Assembly: GCA_963667175.2 (NCBI GenBank)
Contig: CAXXXF010000002.1
Location: 256,001-320,000, forward strand
Origin: Candidatus Latescibacterota bacterium
Lineage (GTDB): Bacteria > Latescibacterota > UBA2968 > GCA-2709665
Length of the DNA: 64,000 nt
Reading direction: 5' to 3'
Under the pieces are notes generated by a model, which saw nothing but the letters and a program-made list of their open reading frames with translations, did no database searches and had not been told where the DNA came from. Made by a program: the position numbers and the translations under genes. Every line of letters starts with the position of its first letter. Position 1 is the stretch's first letter. Shown here in pieces: positions 29,064 to 40,834 of the stretch.

Positions 29064-29255
29064 AAAAAGTGGATTACACGGGAAAGTGCCAGACGCAAAC
29101 CGCGTGCCGGATATTGTATTAAAAAGGAATAGAAAAAGCAAAAAACCCATTATTTCTAACTTGACTTTGCAAGCTGGTCTATATATTATTTTTGAACAAT
29201 TGTACCAAAAACCAGGAGGTAAACCTTACCGTCTCACCCCCGGAGACTTCCCTCA

Positions 29256-29474
29256 ATGCTGACTTTTATGCAAAATCTCCTGCACAGGAATGCCTTTTAC
29301 GTTGGATTCTGGAATGGAATATCGCCAATTAGATCCATATACTCAATAAGGCTCCATACGAAAAAATATGACCGAGGATTCCGTGACGACATTCGGGCCT
29401 GGGGGGGAGATATGTGGAAAGCCATAGACGAATATGAGGAAGAGAAAAATGTCGAAGAGACGGCAGCAACGTAA
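29256..29474 (+). CDS. Small hypothetical protein upstream of the DUF2335-like gene
   Basis: Overlaps the next gene; D..AW..DMWKAIDEY tail. Confidence 0.45.
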   Translation: MLTFMQNLLHRNAFYVGFWNGISPIRSIYSIRLHTKKYDRGFRDDIRAWGGDMWKAIDEYEEEKNVEETAAT

Positions 29475-29895
29475 GCCGACACAGGCGAATATACAGAAAC
29501 AAGAAGACCTCCTGAAAGCCATCCCCTCTGAATTACTTAAAACCCTTCCGCAAAACACCCAAATAGCAGTTTTACAGTCAATCTCTTTCCAGGGACCATT
29601 GCCGCCCCCTGCCTTGTATCGAGAGTACAAGGAAATCTTGCCGGGAGCGGAAGAGCGTATTTTGAAACTCGCAGAAAACGAACAAACGCATCGCCATCAG
29701 TGGGACAATAACATTATGAGAAATGCAGCCACGGCGGTTAGACGAGGTCAATGGATGGGCTTTGGAGTGGCATGCGCGGCGATATTATTTGCGGCATTTT
29801 GCGCATACTTGGAACGCGACGGGGGAATGTACATTTTCGGCGGTATATCGTTCATCGGTATTCTCTCGGCATTTGTGCCATCAAGATCCCCATAA
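29434..29895 (+). CDS. DUF2335-like membrane protein
   Basis: FQGPLPPP..Y..ILPGAEERILKLAENEQTHRH..RGQWMGF with two TM segments. Confidence 0.8.
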   Translation: MRKRKMSKRRQQRKPTQANIQKQEDLLKAIPSELLKTLPQNTQIAVLQSISFQGPLPPPALYREYKEILPGAEERILKLAENEQTHRHQWDNNIMRNAATAVRRGQWMGFGVACAAILFAAFCAYLERDGGMYIFGGISFIGILSAFVPSRSP

Positions 29896-29929
29896 ACTCC
29901 TACCGCTTTCCCCCTCGACTTTTCAGCCA

Positions 29930-30173
29930 CCGCAACCACGACCGTTTCACGTTGACGGCGCCGGGTTCCAAGAGCCGCTCCCGGTGGCGGTTGCCGTGGT
30001 GGTTCTATCCCTCAAACGGTCGTCCAACGCTAAGCTACCACGGCAATGAGGATCGCTGGCAACCCGCGAAACCGTGGGTATACCTGGACACGGTCGGCAT
30101 CGGGCAGGAATTCGTGCTCGACGCCGGCGGGATCCCGGAAGCAAACGTCTGGCTGCGCGAGCTGTTTGGATGA
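29930..30173 (+). pseudogene. C-terminal fragment of an Nmad3-like gene
   Basis: DRFTLTAPG..WRLPWWFYP..GQEFV, near-identical to 26044-26277. Confidence 0.8.
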
Positions 30174-30224
30174 CGGGTTGTGCCCTGGCCCCGGGTACCT
30201 GTAGGGGCGACCGGCCGGTCGCCC

Positions 30225-30536
30225 CTACAGCTCTGCCAGTGGCTCGATGGATAGCCTGAAGCCCAGGCTGTTCAGGATCTTCTCCATCGTGTCCAGGCGA
30301 GGATTTCCGTCTCCGGAAAGCGTCTTATACACGTGGGCACGGTTCAGGTTTGCCTTCCGCGCCAATTCTCCCAGCCCGCCTTTTGCGGTCGCGACGTCCT
30401 TGAGCGCAAGCAGAAAGGCCGACCTGTCGTGATCCCTGGCGTATTCCTCCAGCGCGGCCTCGAGATAGGTGCGAGCGCGGTCCGGATCACTGAGGAATTC
30501 GAAATGGTGTTTTTCAAATGGGACCGATGGTTCCAT
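30225..30536 (-). CDS. Addiction-module antidote (HTH, HI1420-like)
   Basis: FLLALKDVATAKGGLGELA..LNRAHVYKTLSGDGNPRLDT. Confidence 0.85.
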   Translation of the reverse strand: MEPSVPFEKHHFEFLSDPDRARTYLEAALEEYARDHDRSAFLLALKDVATAKGGLGELARKANLNRAHVYKTLSGDGNPRLDTMEKILNSLGFRLSIEPLAEL

Positions 30537-30551
30537 CAGGAACGCTCCTTG

Positions 30552-30807
30552 TAGTCGGTCAGGTAGGGCTATAGTCCAATGGGTCGAGCTTTGCAGAGGA
30601 TACATCGAGATTTTGTATTTAGATGGCAAACGGGTTATATTTTATAAATTGTCGGAAGCCCAACTATACTTCTATTTGGAATTAGAGACTTGCATGATTC
30701 ATCTGATTGCCATTGGGTTTAAAAAGTCTCCAAAACACGATATGCTTTGGCGACATGATTATATTCATAAACTGGAAATGGAGAAACCGGATGGCCGCTC
30801 CGTATAA
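30552..30807 (+). pseudogene. Possible 5'-truncated RelE/HigB-like toxin
   Basis: RVIFY..IHLIAIGFKKS; overlaps the start of an XRE gene; no clear start codon. Confidence 0.35.
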
Positions 30808-31429
30808 TTCGGTGTTGGAAATGGCGCAGGACAATCTTTCCGCTGATTCTGTACGCCGGTTAGAGAGACGTTTGGCGGATCGAATCGTCATTAGCGCACT
30901 ATGTGCGCTCCGGTGTTCCAAGGACATAACCCAAGAGCAACTGGCGAAGAAGATGGGTATGTCAAAAAAGGAAATTGCGGCATTGGAGGATGGCACTGAC
31001 CATCGAATAAGCGTACCTCTTCTTTTCAAACACGCAAGTGCCCTGGGCATGAACGTCGCGATTATCCTGGATACCGATAAAACAGATTCAACAGAAACTG
31101 TGGCAACACATGCCATTAAGCAACGTGTGTTTGAAATTCGCGACTACCTTGATAAGTTAGCTGATCTGGTACAGGGAGATAAGGCAATTCATACAGGAGT
31201 GAATTCCTTCTATAAAGATTACCTGTATAATATCCTACGACTTTTCCTATATAGTTTCAATAATCTTCAGGGACAAACACCAGATCAGAAAGACATGGCC
31301 AAAATTGTCGATTTTATCGATGAACTTACAACTGATACAGTCGAGGATGATACAGAAGGAATTGAGACAAAAGAACCGATTGTCGTAGCGCCTCAAAAAT
31401 CATACGGCAATGTGTCGGCTGTGACTTAA
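30791..31429 (+). CDS. XRE/HTH protein (HigA-like)
   Basis: LRCSKDITQEQLAKKMGMSKKEIAALEDG. Confidence 0.75.
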   Translation: MAAPYNSVLEMAQDNLSADSVRRLERRLADRIVISALCALRCSKDITQEQLAKKMGMSKKEIAALEDGTDHRISVPLLFKHASALGMNVAIILDTDKTDSTETVATHAIKQRVFEIRDYLDKLADLVQGDKAIHTGVNSFYKDYLYNILRLFLYSFNNLQGQTPDQKDMAKIVDFIDELTTDTVEDDTEGIETKEPIVVAPQKSYGNVSAVT

Positions 31430-31632
31430 ATCGATAGCCAAGAGCACATTACGACGTATGCAGCCCTTGTTCTGTCGAAATTTACTTTCATCAGAATAAG
31501 GGTTATTTTCTGCTTGGGAATAAACTTTCCCCTATTCACGCTCTCCAATCCCCTGACGATTACCCCTATTTTGACTTCCAATCAAACCGTGGCTCTTCAA
31601 AGCCGAATTGAATCCGGGGAGGCAGGGAAACC

Positions 31633-32503
31633 ATGAAAATCGTCTTCAGTCGCAAGGGATTTGACTCTGCGAACGGCGGCGTGCCCAGTCCCATTTTCCC
31701 GGACGGTACCGCCTTGTCTCTACCCATTCCGGGTAAGAGAAGTCCGACGCGCTTCAGGGAGGTAATGTGGCGTGGCGAATCTATCGGACCGATTGTGGAA
31801 AGTTTGACCAACCGTGAGAGTTCGACCAACCGTCGAATCAAGGAAGGGGATGGGTGCCATCTCGACCCCGATCTGAACGCCGATGCCCTTGCGCGCTTGC
31901 CCGGATGGAGGCCGGCCTTCGGGCAGTCAGGGGCCGCTCAGCGCCATCTTGACAACCAGCGTGTTAGGCGCGACGACCTCTTTCTGTTCTTCGGCTGGTT
32001 CCGCGCCGTGGAACGGGCGAATGGGGGTTCATGGAAGTACGTCCGTCACGCGCCGGACGTGCACAGGCTGTTCGGCTGGCTCCGGATTTCCGAGGTCGTG
32101 CCCGTCGGGGCGGATCTCGCCCGCGCCCGGTCCGAACGGCCGTGGCTATCCACGCATCCCCATCTGAATAGGGATAGGGACAACAACACCGTCTACGTCG
32201 CAAGGGAGACGCTAAACGTCGAAGGACTGACTGCGAGGAGCGGCGCCGGCCTTTTCATCGGGAACGGAGAACGTCTCACGTTGACGGCGCCGGGGGTCGG
32301 CGAATCGCAGCAGATGGCGGTTGCCGTGGTGGTTCTATCCCTCAAACGGTCGTCCAACGCTCAGCTACCATGGAAATAAGGATCGTTGGCAACGCTGCAA
32401 ATCGTGGACATACGTCGATACAGTCGGCCGCGGACAGGAGTTCGTGCTCGACACCGGCGGGATCCCGGAAGCCCAGGACTGGCTGCGCGAGCTGTTCGAG
32501 TGA
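31633..32503 (+). pseudogene. Nmad3-like gene with a frameshift near 32300
   Basis: ORFs 31633-32379 and 32321-32503 together reconstitute the 25405 paralog. Confidence 0.75.
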
Positions 32504-32671
32504 AGGGTTGTGCCGCGCATCGGCAGACGGAACAGAAAAGCACCGCTGGAGTTATCGACGGGAGAACAGATATGCGGCGACGAAACGACAAGCGCAAACG
32601 TCCTCTTGCACTCGCCCGCCACAGTGCGTCCCGGCCGCACGGTACCTGCAGAAGCGAACGGCCGGTCGCCC

Positions 32672-32983
32672 CTACTGCTCTGCCAGAGGCTCGATGGAAA
32701 GTCTGAATCCGAGGCTGTTCAGGATCTTCTCCATCGTGTCCAGGCGAGGATTTCCGTCTCCTGAGAGCGTCCTGTACAGGTAAGCCCGGTTCAGATCCGC
32801 CTGCCGCGCCAACTTTCCCAGCCCGCCTCTTGCCGTCGCAACGTCCTTCAGAGCCAGCAGAAGGACGGTTCGATCCCTGTCTCTGGCGTATTCCTCCAGC
32901 GCGACCTCGAGGTAGGCGCGAGCGCGGTCCGGATGGCTGAGGAATTCGAAATGGTGTTTTTCGAAGAGTACGGAAGGCTTCAT
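32672..32983 (-). CDS. Addiction-module antidote (HTH, HI1420-like)
   Basis: Paralog of 30225 and 27536. Confidence 0.85.
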   Translation of the reverse strand: MKPSVLFEKHHFEFLSHPDRARAYLEVALEEYARDRDRTVLLLALKDVATARGGLGKLARQADLNRAYLYRTLSGDGNPRLDTMEKILNSLGFRLSIEPLAEQ

Positions 32984-33610
32984 CAGGAACGCTCCTTGTG
33001 AAGCGTTGACGAAAGGACGGTCTGAATGTCAATGGTTATCGGGTGAACGGCTTAAACCGATTCTTGAACCTGAATTATTCATGAAAACCGATGGATGTTT
33101 CGTATAATCGGTTGATTTTCAATAACATGAGTGGATAATATAAAGAAAATCTTGATTCGCCCAAATTCGAGTTGGCAGGCGTAATGTTGGGGTGTCGGGC
33201 TGACGTGCAGAATTGTGGTTTTGCACCTTTTGTGGAAACTAACTTCAGCCACGTATTCTTCGTTTTTTTCGCGTGTTTCGTAGTTTCTGATGTTCGTCTT
33301 CTCGTGCCTTTGTCGCGCTTTTTGGTTTTCATCCTGCCTGCCTCGCCTGCTTCAGCAGGCAGGTCCATCCATGTTTGTTCCGTTTCATGAATAAATGGGG
33401 TGAAAAATACCGGTAACGTGTAGAAAAATGATCTTTATTGTCTAATGGACATGGATACTGTATATTGTAGAGTAATTGAGCGATACTGCCCCGATCACAC
33501 CTGATTCATGGGGCTTTTGCATGTCCGCGGATGTTTATAAACAACGAAGCAATTTGGCTTCGGAAGGAGGGTATCCTCCCAAATCAGATGATTAAAGAGA
33601 GGAGCCACCT

Positions 33611-33796
33611 ATGTCAAACGTCAATTGCGGACGGCTAACGGCGGAGATAACCCAGGAGGATAAATGGTTTGTTGCCTATTGTCCTGAATTGGGGACGGTA
33701 AGCCAGGGGAAAACACAAGCCGAGGCGTTGATCAATCTCAAGAGCGCCACGATCCTCTATTTAGAAGAAAAAGATCCGGTATTTCAGGTTGCCTAA
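33611..33796 (+). CDS. hicB: HicB antitoxin (short form)
   Basis: FVAYCPELGTVSQGKTQAEALINLKSA. Confidence 0.85.
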   Translation: MSNVNCGRLTAEITQEDKWFVAYCPELGTVSQGKTQAEALINLKSATILYLEEKDPVFQVA

Positions 33797-34022
33797 ACTG
33801 CCCCGAGATATTTCCGGACGACAATTCGGTAAGGAGATATCGAAGCTTGGGTCTCGTTTTGTACGAGAAAACAGCGGGCACCTGATTTATCGACGTTCCT
33901 TTCCTGATAATGAGGACGATGTTGCAGTTGTTCCGGACCATTCCGAATTGGCTGTCGGCACATTGAGCAGGATACTTCGACAAGCGAATATACCGCGAGA
34001 CGAATTTATGGATCTTTTGTAG
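33789..34022 (+). CDS. hicA: HicA toxin
   Basis: SGHLIY..VVPDHSELAVGTLSRILRQA. Confidence 0.85.
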   Translation: MPKLPRDISGRQFGKEISKLGSRFVRENSGHLIYRRSFPDNEDDVAVVPDHSELAVGTLSRILRQANIPRDEFMDLL

Positions 34023-34476
34023 CTTGTCGCCCACAGACAATTATAATCGGGATATTTCTCAGCCCTGTCGCAATTCGACGGGGCTTTATGCTATGGACCT
34101 CAATTTACAAATTGGATATTTCAATTGATGGCAATGAACCCGAATTAGTCATGAAAACCGGAGTGTTTGTTATATAATCGATTGATTTTCAACAACATCA
34201 GCGGAGAATGTAACGAATTCCATTAAGAGTCCGGAATCGGGCTGGCCGGCAAACGTTGGGGTTTCAAGGTGGACGGACTTATCGCTGTTGCTTGCCAGAG
34301 TGAGCATTTGCCCTGGCTCCTGGTTTCTAATCCTGCTTAATCCTGCAAATCCTGATCGGTTTTTCGCGTTTTTTCGTGTATTTCGTAGTTTCTGATGTTC
34401 GTTTTCTCGTGCTTTTTGGTTTTCATCCTGCCTGCCTCGCCTGCTTCAGCAGGCAGGTACATCCTGTCTATCCATG

Positions 34477-35234
<758 letters not shown>

Positions 35235-35358
35235 TGAGTTTTGTTTTGTGAATTAATCGGGTGAAGTGGCTCGAAAGGGTCAGGGCTCGTCACGATACCC
35301 ACTAAGCCAGGCGGGAGTCGGCAGAGCGTTCCAGGAGCGGACGGAGGAGGGTAACGGC

Positions 35359-36108
35359 ATGGGCAGCATCGTTGCGATAGGGGGAGGGGACGTCAGCACA
35401 TTGGCGACCCGCCCCATTGACGTCGAGATCATCGCGCTGTCCGGCGCGTCGCGTCCGAACGTGCTGTTCATTCCGACGGCCAGCAGCGACTCGGTGGATT
35501 ATTGGGAAGGGTTCGACCGGGCTTATCGTGAGAATTACGGCTGTGATACCGACGTGCTCTACCTTCTGGGCGCCGCGTCTTCACGCGAGGCGATCGCCGG
35601 GAAGATCGAACGCGCGGACGTCCTCTACGTCGGGGGCGGCAACACGCTGAAGATGATGCGCCGGTGGCGTCGGCTGGGTGTCGATGACCTGATCAGGTCC
35701 GCGTACGCCAGGGGAGCGGTGCTGTGCGGCGTGAGCGCGGGCGCGATCTGCTGGTTCGAGCGGGGCCACAGCGATTCGATGTCGTTCTACAGCCCCGACG
35801 ACTGGCGCTACATCGCCGTTACCGGGATGGGGCTGCTTAGGGGTCTGGCGTGTCCTCACTACAACGGAGACACCGCTGGCGTCCCAAGAAGGCAGGACTT
35901 CCATGACATGATGAAGCGGAAGCGTGGGGACGGCCTGGCCATCGACAACGACTGCGCGGTCGCGCTCACATCCGACGGGTGCCGGGTCATCGCCGCCGGT
36001 CCCGAGGCGGGAGCGTATACCCTGCGCGTCGAGCGTGGAGAAGTGATCGAACGTCGGCTTCCGGTTTCCAGTGACTATCGGCCGATAGCGACGCTGTACG
36101 AGACGTAA
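35359..36108 (+). CDS. Peptidase S51 (dipeptidase E-like)
   Basis: FIPTAS, YVGGGNT, GVSAGA nucleophile, CPHY. Confidence 0.9.
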   Translation: MGSIVAIGGGDVSTLATRPIDVEIIALSGASRPNVLFIPTASSDSVDYWEGFDRAYRENYGCDTDVLYLLGAASSREAIAGKIERADVLYVGGGNTLKMMRRWRRLGVDDLIRSAYARGAVLCGVSAGAICWFERGHSDSMSFYSPDDWRYIAVTGMGLLRGLACPHYNGDTAGVPRRQDFHDMMKRKRGDGLAIDNDCAVALTSDGCRVIAAGPEAGAYTLRVERGEVIERRLPVSSDYRPIATLYET

Positions 36109-36145
36109 ATCAAATGGCCCGCGATTTCGTCATCAAACGCGGCAG

Positions 36146-36182
36146 CCCGGCGAGAATCTTCCATCAGAATAAGGATTGAAAC
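36146..36182 (+). CRISPR. Solitary repeat C
   Basis: CCCGGCGAGAATCTTCCATCAGAATAAGGATTGAAAC. Confidence 0.75.
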
Positions 36183-36184
36183 CT

Positions 36185-36364
36185 ATGGCGCCACAGGATA
36201 TCCGAAATCGCCAGGACCCCGCCGCTTTCCAGTGCTGGCATCCGGACGGGACTCCCTACACGCCGGCAGACTACCGAAAGGCCGGGATGAACCCGCCCAC
36301 GCCCGAGCAAATCGCTCACTGGGCTGAGATGGACCGACGATTCGCCGATCCGGATACTGACTGA
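36185..36364 (+). CDS. Repeat-C-linked microprotein, copy 3
   Basis: MAPQDIRNRQDPAAFQCWHPDGTP...; ATG lies 2 nt after the repeat. Confidence 0.7.
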   Translation: MAPQDIRNRQDPAAFQCWHPDGTPYTPADYRKAGMNPPTPEQIAHWAEMDRRFADPDTD

Positions 36365-36614
36365 GAAGCCGCTTTCAAACTCCCGGCGAGTTCCGATCGC
36401 GAAGGAAAAGAGGGCGGTTATGAGGCGTGAGGGGCGTCCGCAAAGATGAGAATCGTCTCATGGCCAGCCTGCCGACGACGGATGCGCGGGCGCGGCAACC
36501 CCGGTACAATGGCGCGGCGGCGTCACGCCGTTGACGTCAACAGATTGACGTTTTCCTGACTCGTGAGTGCGCCCCGGCCGCACGATACCTGCAGGGGCGA
36601 GCGGCCGGTCGCCC

Positions 36615-37283
36615 CTACTCGGCGTCCACCAACCTGCCGTCTCTGCTGAATATCAACTTGACGTCCTCATAGACGAGAACGGTCCTGTCGCCGAGTTCAA
36701 CGCGCGTGTTGGGCCTGCCCTTGCGTGCAATCACGTCTTCAATCGACATATTCATTTTAAGTAGAATGGTTCTCTCCGGGCCTTCCAGTTCCGCTTCGCT
36801 TTCAGCAAAGGCGACGTTGAAGAGGCGATCGACTTCCGGAATCGTGTAATTGTCTCGATTCACTTTGAGGCGGACGGCATGGCGGGCGCCCGACAGTTTG
36901 TCGAGTTCGATATAGACCTCTTTTTCCCTCGCCTCCGCTTTTCGGATCTTGACCTTCGCGCCCTTCTGGATCACCCGCACGCTCCACCCCGAGAGTTCAT
37001 CTCTTATAATGATATTCCGGACCTCTTCGGCGAAATCTTCTGCCGACTGCGACTGAGACTGGCGAAAACCCCCGATGGTCGCGCGGTAGGTCACCTCGCC
37101 GTTTTCCAGAACGTTCGCGGCATCGGTGCCTCGAAGCCCGCTATTTACCTCAACAAAGGCAATCTTGATCCAGAACGTACTGCCTCTAAGCGCCGCAACG
37201 TGACGCCTGACGTCTGCCGGTTGTGCCTGTACGGTTTGAACTGACACAATGGCCATCGACAGAATCACCATACAAAAACGCAT
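36615..37283 (-). CDS. Secreted hypothetical protein
   Basis: Signal peptide MRFCMVILSMAIVSVQTVQA; GGAGG SD. Confidence 0.7.
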   Translation of the reverse strand: MRFCMVILSMAIVSVQTVQAQPADVRRHVAALRGSTFWIKIAFVEVNSGLRGTDAANVLENGEVTYRATIGGFRQSQSQSAEDFAEEVRNIIIRDELSGWSVRVIQKGAKVKIRKAEAREKEVYIELDKLSGARHAVRLKVNRDNYTIPEVDRLFNVAFAESEAELEGPERTILLKMNMSIEDVIARKGRPNTRVELGDRTVLVYEDVKLIFSRDGRLVDAE

Positions 37284-37777
37284 CGTATCCTCCAATCTGC
37301 ACGGGTAACGTCCAGCCGGCGACGGCCCGCATAAGAGACCCCTCCGTGCCGTAATTCCAAGCGACGTTCTCGAAAGCCCGCCTGTCTCGTCGCGCCGGCC
37401 GCCAGTGTACGGACCTTCAGTATCTCCGTGATTATATCCCAAATGGCCAAACGTGTCAACCATAACGCGAGACCTTCCCCGGCCACTCGGGAGGACTTTC
37501 GTGTGACGTGCCGCTCCTCGATGGCCGGGCAACCACAGGGGTTGCCCCTGCAAATCCAGCCATCGGCGTAACGGGGGAACGGATTGAATCCCGCGCCCCC
37601 CTTTTGTATATTGCTGTCGACGCGGCGGTGAGCGCCGGCAGGTCGAATGGCGTTACGCGGGCGCCCTGCTTGGCCAATGCGTATCGGTTCGCCATATTAC
37701 GAGCCGGCTTTCACGGATCGTCGGCGGCTTGAAGCGGATTCCATCCACGTGACACGGCAGGCGATAGGGGCTTATGT

Positions 37778-40513
37778 ATGTCGGCATTCTGGCAGGTTGG
37801 TCGCTTCTCTATTCTTCTACTGCTTGTTTCCCTTTTTCTGACAGTGAGAATTCATGCCTTGCCCTTCGCCATTGTCCCTGATGCGCTCGATCTGGGCGAA
37901 GTCGGCGTTGGCTTCGAAGCCAGTGCGTCCGTTGATCTCGAAAACCTGCACGACGAAGCGATCAGAGTGATTGTCGGCATAAGCGGTAATGGTTTTGCCA
38001 CAGAAACGGATACGCTGCGCCTGGAGGCGAGGGGCGTCAGCCGCGTCGAAGTGCGCTTCCGTGCAGACGCGGCCGGCCGGTACGTGGGCGAACTGACGTT
38101 GCGGGTCGACACTCCGTTCACGGACCAGCGTGTGTCGGCGCCGCTTCAGGCGGTGGTCATTCCAACGAACGTGGTGATCCTGCCGTCCGGTGGGCTGGAA
38201 TTCGGCGCGATACCCGTCGGACAAGCCGCGACCGAGGTCGTCGTCGTCAGGAACACGGGCGCCACGTCCGTAGCGGCCGGTCCGATGAACGTTGCCCGGC
38301 TTCAGGGTCCCTTCCGCGTTGAGGGCGACGTCGGCCCGTGGCCCGCCCCCGGCGGTGAAACGCGGATAGACGTTACGTTTGTTCCCGCGCGCGCGGGAAC
38401 GGTCGCCACGGAAATGGTGGTCTCCGGGGCCGACTATGGGGATTGGTCCATTCCTTTGCGAGGGAGTGGTCTGGCGCCGCGGGCCGTTTTTTCACCCCTC
38501 CATCAGGTGGGCCTCGAATTTGGCGCGGTCGAGGTGGGGCGGCGCTCGATGCGCCGCGTGACCGTCCTCAACCAGGGTTCGGTCGCGTTGTACATTACAG
38601 GCGCAACTGTCGAGGGGGCGGCCTTTGTCCTCGGCGCCGTTGACTCCACGGCGAGCATTGCTCCCCAGGGGAGGCTGGACCTCAGCATCACCTTTGCGCC
38701 GCAAAACGAAGAGGTACAAACCGGCGTCCTCCACGTGAGTACCAGCGATCCGGAAGCCGTCGAGGTCGCCATCCCCCTCATGGGTCGCGGCCACGTCAGC
38801 CCGCCGCGCATTGAGGTGATCAGCGGCGACGTTGACTTCGGCAGCGTGCCCATTGGCGAGACTTCGCGCGATCATTTGCTTCTGTGGAACCGGGGCGGCC
38901 AGCCGGGGGCCGCGGAGGTTTCTGTTGTCGCGGACGAGGGCGGTGAATTCGATCCAGCGCAGCACTCCGTGCTCGTTCAACCCGGCGCCGGCGCTAAGGT
39001 GACGCTGAGTTTCTCGCCCAGGGAAGCCGGTGTTCGCACTGCTGTGCTCCACGTCGAGGCCGAAGGCCGGCGGCAGACCGTGGGTTTGGGGGGCATAGGC
39101 CGGTTCTTCGCCCTCAGTCCGACAACCGTCGACTTCGGTCGCGTCGCCGTTGGCGAAAGCAGCCCGCGGGTCGTCGAGATCACCAACGTGGGCAACGCTG
39201 ATTTCGAGATTCACCAGCTTCGCTTGACGAACACCGAATTCACCGTCCATTCCCCAATTGACGCCGGCAGTAAGTTCCTTTTGCCCGCACAAAGCCAGCG
39301 CGCTCTGCCGCTGCACCTGGCCTTCAATCCGTCAGCCCGAGGTGCGATTTCAGGAGTCTTGCGCCTCGACGGTCTGGGCGCGAATGAGAAAGTAGCGCTC
39401 GACGTCCTGCTCAAGGGCAACGGCGTGGGCGCCGAAATCGAGTTGAGCCCGACGGGGGTCGTCGATTTCGGCCACGCGGTCCTGGGAGGAGACGTGGAAA
39501 GGACCTTCGTGGCCACGAACGTCGGCGATACGGTGCTGCAAGTCGAGGCGCATCCCCAGAGCAGGGAAGCCCGCGTCGAGCCGGCGCAATTCGCGCTTGT
39601 CCCGGGGGAATCCGCAAGCCTGAGGCTCTATTTCGCGCCCAATGCCCTGGGTGAACGCCGGGGTTCCGTCTGGTTGGTCAGCAACGATTTCAAGGACCGG
39701 GCGCGGCCGCTCGAATACAAAGGCCATGGGGTACTCGCGGACGTCGATCTGGCGCAGATCGTCGAGGTCATTGTCTCGCGCGATGACGAAGCGCGTCCCC
39801 TGGCCGTCGACTGGAACAATGTCCCCATCGTGCAGAAGGACGGCGCCAAAGTCGAGGTGGTCTTCGCGATTCCGGACTCGCTGCGGCGGGCGCTGATCGG
39901 GCGTGAAATGGTTGTCGAATGGACCCGGCTCGACGAAGACTACGCCCCAAAGGGCAGTACCAAAAGGAAGAAAGTCACGATCTACGAGTCGAGCGGCGAC
40001 CGCGTCCTGACCGAAGATCTCAACCTGCGGCTATCGGAAAAGGACAATCGCCGGGTGAGACTCAAAATCACAACCCGAAATTACCCGGGCGCCGCGGCGC
40101 AGAGCGTATCGCAACTTCTGGAAGCCGGCGGCTGGAAGTGGGAGTTCGAGGCCAGGCCGCTGGTTTCCTTCCTGACGATTCGGCCCGGCCGAAATTATAA
40201 GGACGCCGATGGCAACGCGGTCCGGGGCAAAACCGAGCGCCTGATTGGCCTGCCCGGGCTGGCGTTTGCCGGTTGGCACAACGTGGAAAACCCGTCGGTA
40301 TCCGGCATCCACCTGACCGCGATCGGCAACGTCCTCGAAGCCCTTTCAACCGAAAACTCGCTGGCCATTTCTCTTGGCGTGGCCATCTCCTTCTACAAGG
40401 ACCAGTTTCTCTTCGGCTTCGGATGGGACATCTACGACAACCGGCCCGTGGCAAAGAGGCAGGGCTCGCAGGACTACATCATGACCTTCAAGTACTCGGG
40501 TCTGTTCAGGTGA
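37778..40513 (+). CDS. Secreted protein with tandem Ig-like (ASH/choice-of-anchor D) domains
   Basis: Repeated (L/V)(D/E)FG.V..G / N.G / F.P...G motifs and a signal peptide. Confidence 0.8.
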   Translation: MSAFWQVGRFSILLLLVSLFLTVRIHALPFAIVPDALDLGEVGVGFEASASVDLENLHDEAIRVIVGISGNGFATETDTLRLEARGVSRVEVRFRADAAGRYVGELTLRVDTPFTDQRVSAPLQAVVIPTNVVILPSGGLEFGAIPVGQAATEVVVVRNTGATSVAAGPMNVARLQGPFRVEGDVGPWPAPGGETRIDVTFVPARAGTVATEMVVSGADYGDWSIPLRGSGLAPRAVFSPLHQVGLEFGAVEVGRRSMRRVTVLNQGSVALYITGATVEGAAFVLGAVDSTASIAPQGRLDLSITFAPQNEEVQTGVLHVSTSDPEAVEVAIPLMGRGHVSPPRIEVISGDVDFGSVPIGETSRDHLLLWNRGGQPGAAEVSVVADEGGEFDPAQHSVLVQPGAGAKVTLSFSPREAGVRTAVLHVEAEGRRQTVGLGGIGRFFALSPTTVDFGRVAVGESSPRVVEITNVGNADFEIHQLRLTNTEFTVHSPIDAGSKFLLPAQSQRALPLHLAFNPSARGAISGVLRLDGLGANEKVALDVLLKGNGVGAEIELSPTGVVDFGHAVLGGDVERTFVATNVGDTVLQVEAHPQSREARVEPAQFALVPGESASLRLYFAPNALGERRGSVWLVSNDFKDRARPLEYKGHGVLADVDLAQIVEVIVSRDDEARPLAVDWNNVPIVQKDGAKVEVVFAIPDSLRRALIGREMVVEWTRLDEDYAPKGSTKRKKVTIYESSGDRVLTEDLNLRLSEKDNRRVRLKITTRNYPGAAAQSVSQLLEAGGWKWEFEARPLVSFLTIRPGRNYKDADGNAVRGKTERLIGLPGLAFAGWHNVENPSVSGIHLTAIGNVLEALSTENSLAISLGVAISFYKDQFLFGFGWDIYDNRPVAKRQGSQDYIMTFKYSGLFR

Positions 40514-40834
40514 GCAGGCAGGGGTACCCCGCGGGCCGCTCACCCTGCCGTCGAGAAGCCGCAAAAGGCAGCTCTCAGCGGTCAGCCAGAAGCGAAAATC
40601 GACTCACACGGAGACACAAAGACACAGAGGAAAACCGGAAGCAGCCGAAGGGCAGGCAACCATAAGAGGCGCTGAGGCGGGATAGGTGAGACGTGAGATG
40701 ATATCAGTGCCCTGCGGTTTTTGTTTTGTCGTTACGATAACGGTGGAGAAACCGGCACGGTTAACGTGAAGACACTGTGCTAACGTAATCCTCTACCGTC
40801 TTGCGGCTCACGTCTCACCGCAGTTGGAGGGGAG

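Noticed and set aside
37572-37590. GGGGGAACGGATTGAATC repeat-B-like end
   Set aside because: No 5' hairpin half; may be chance
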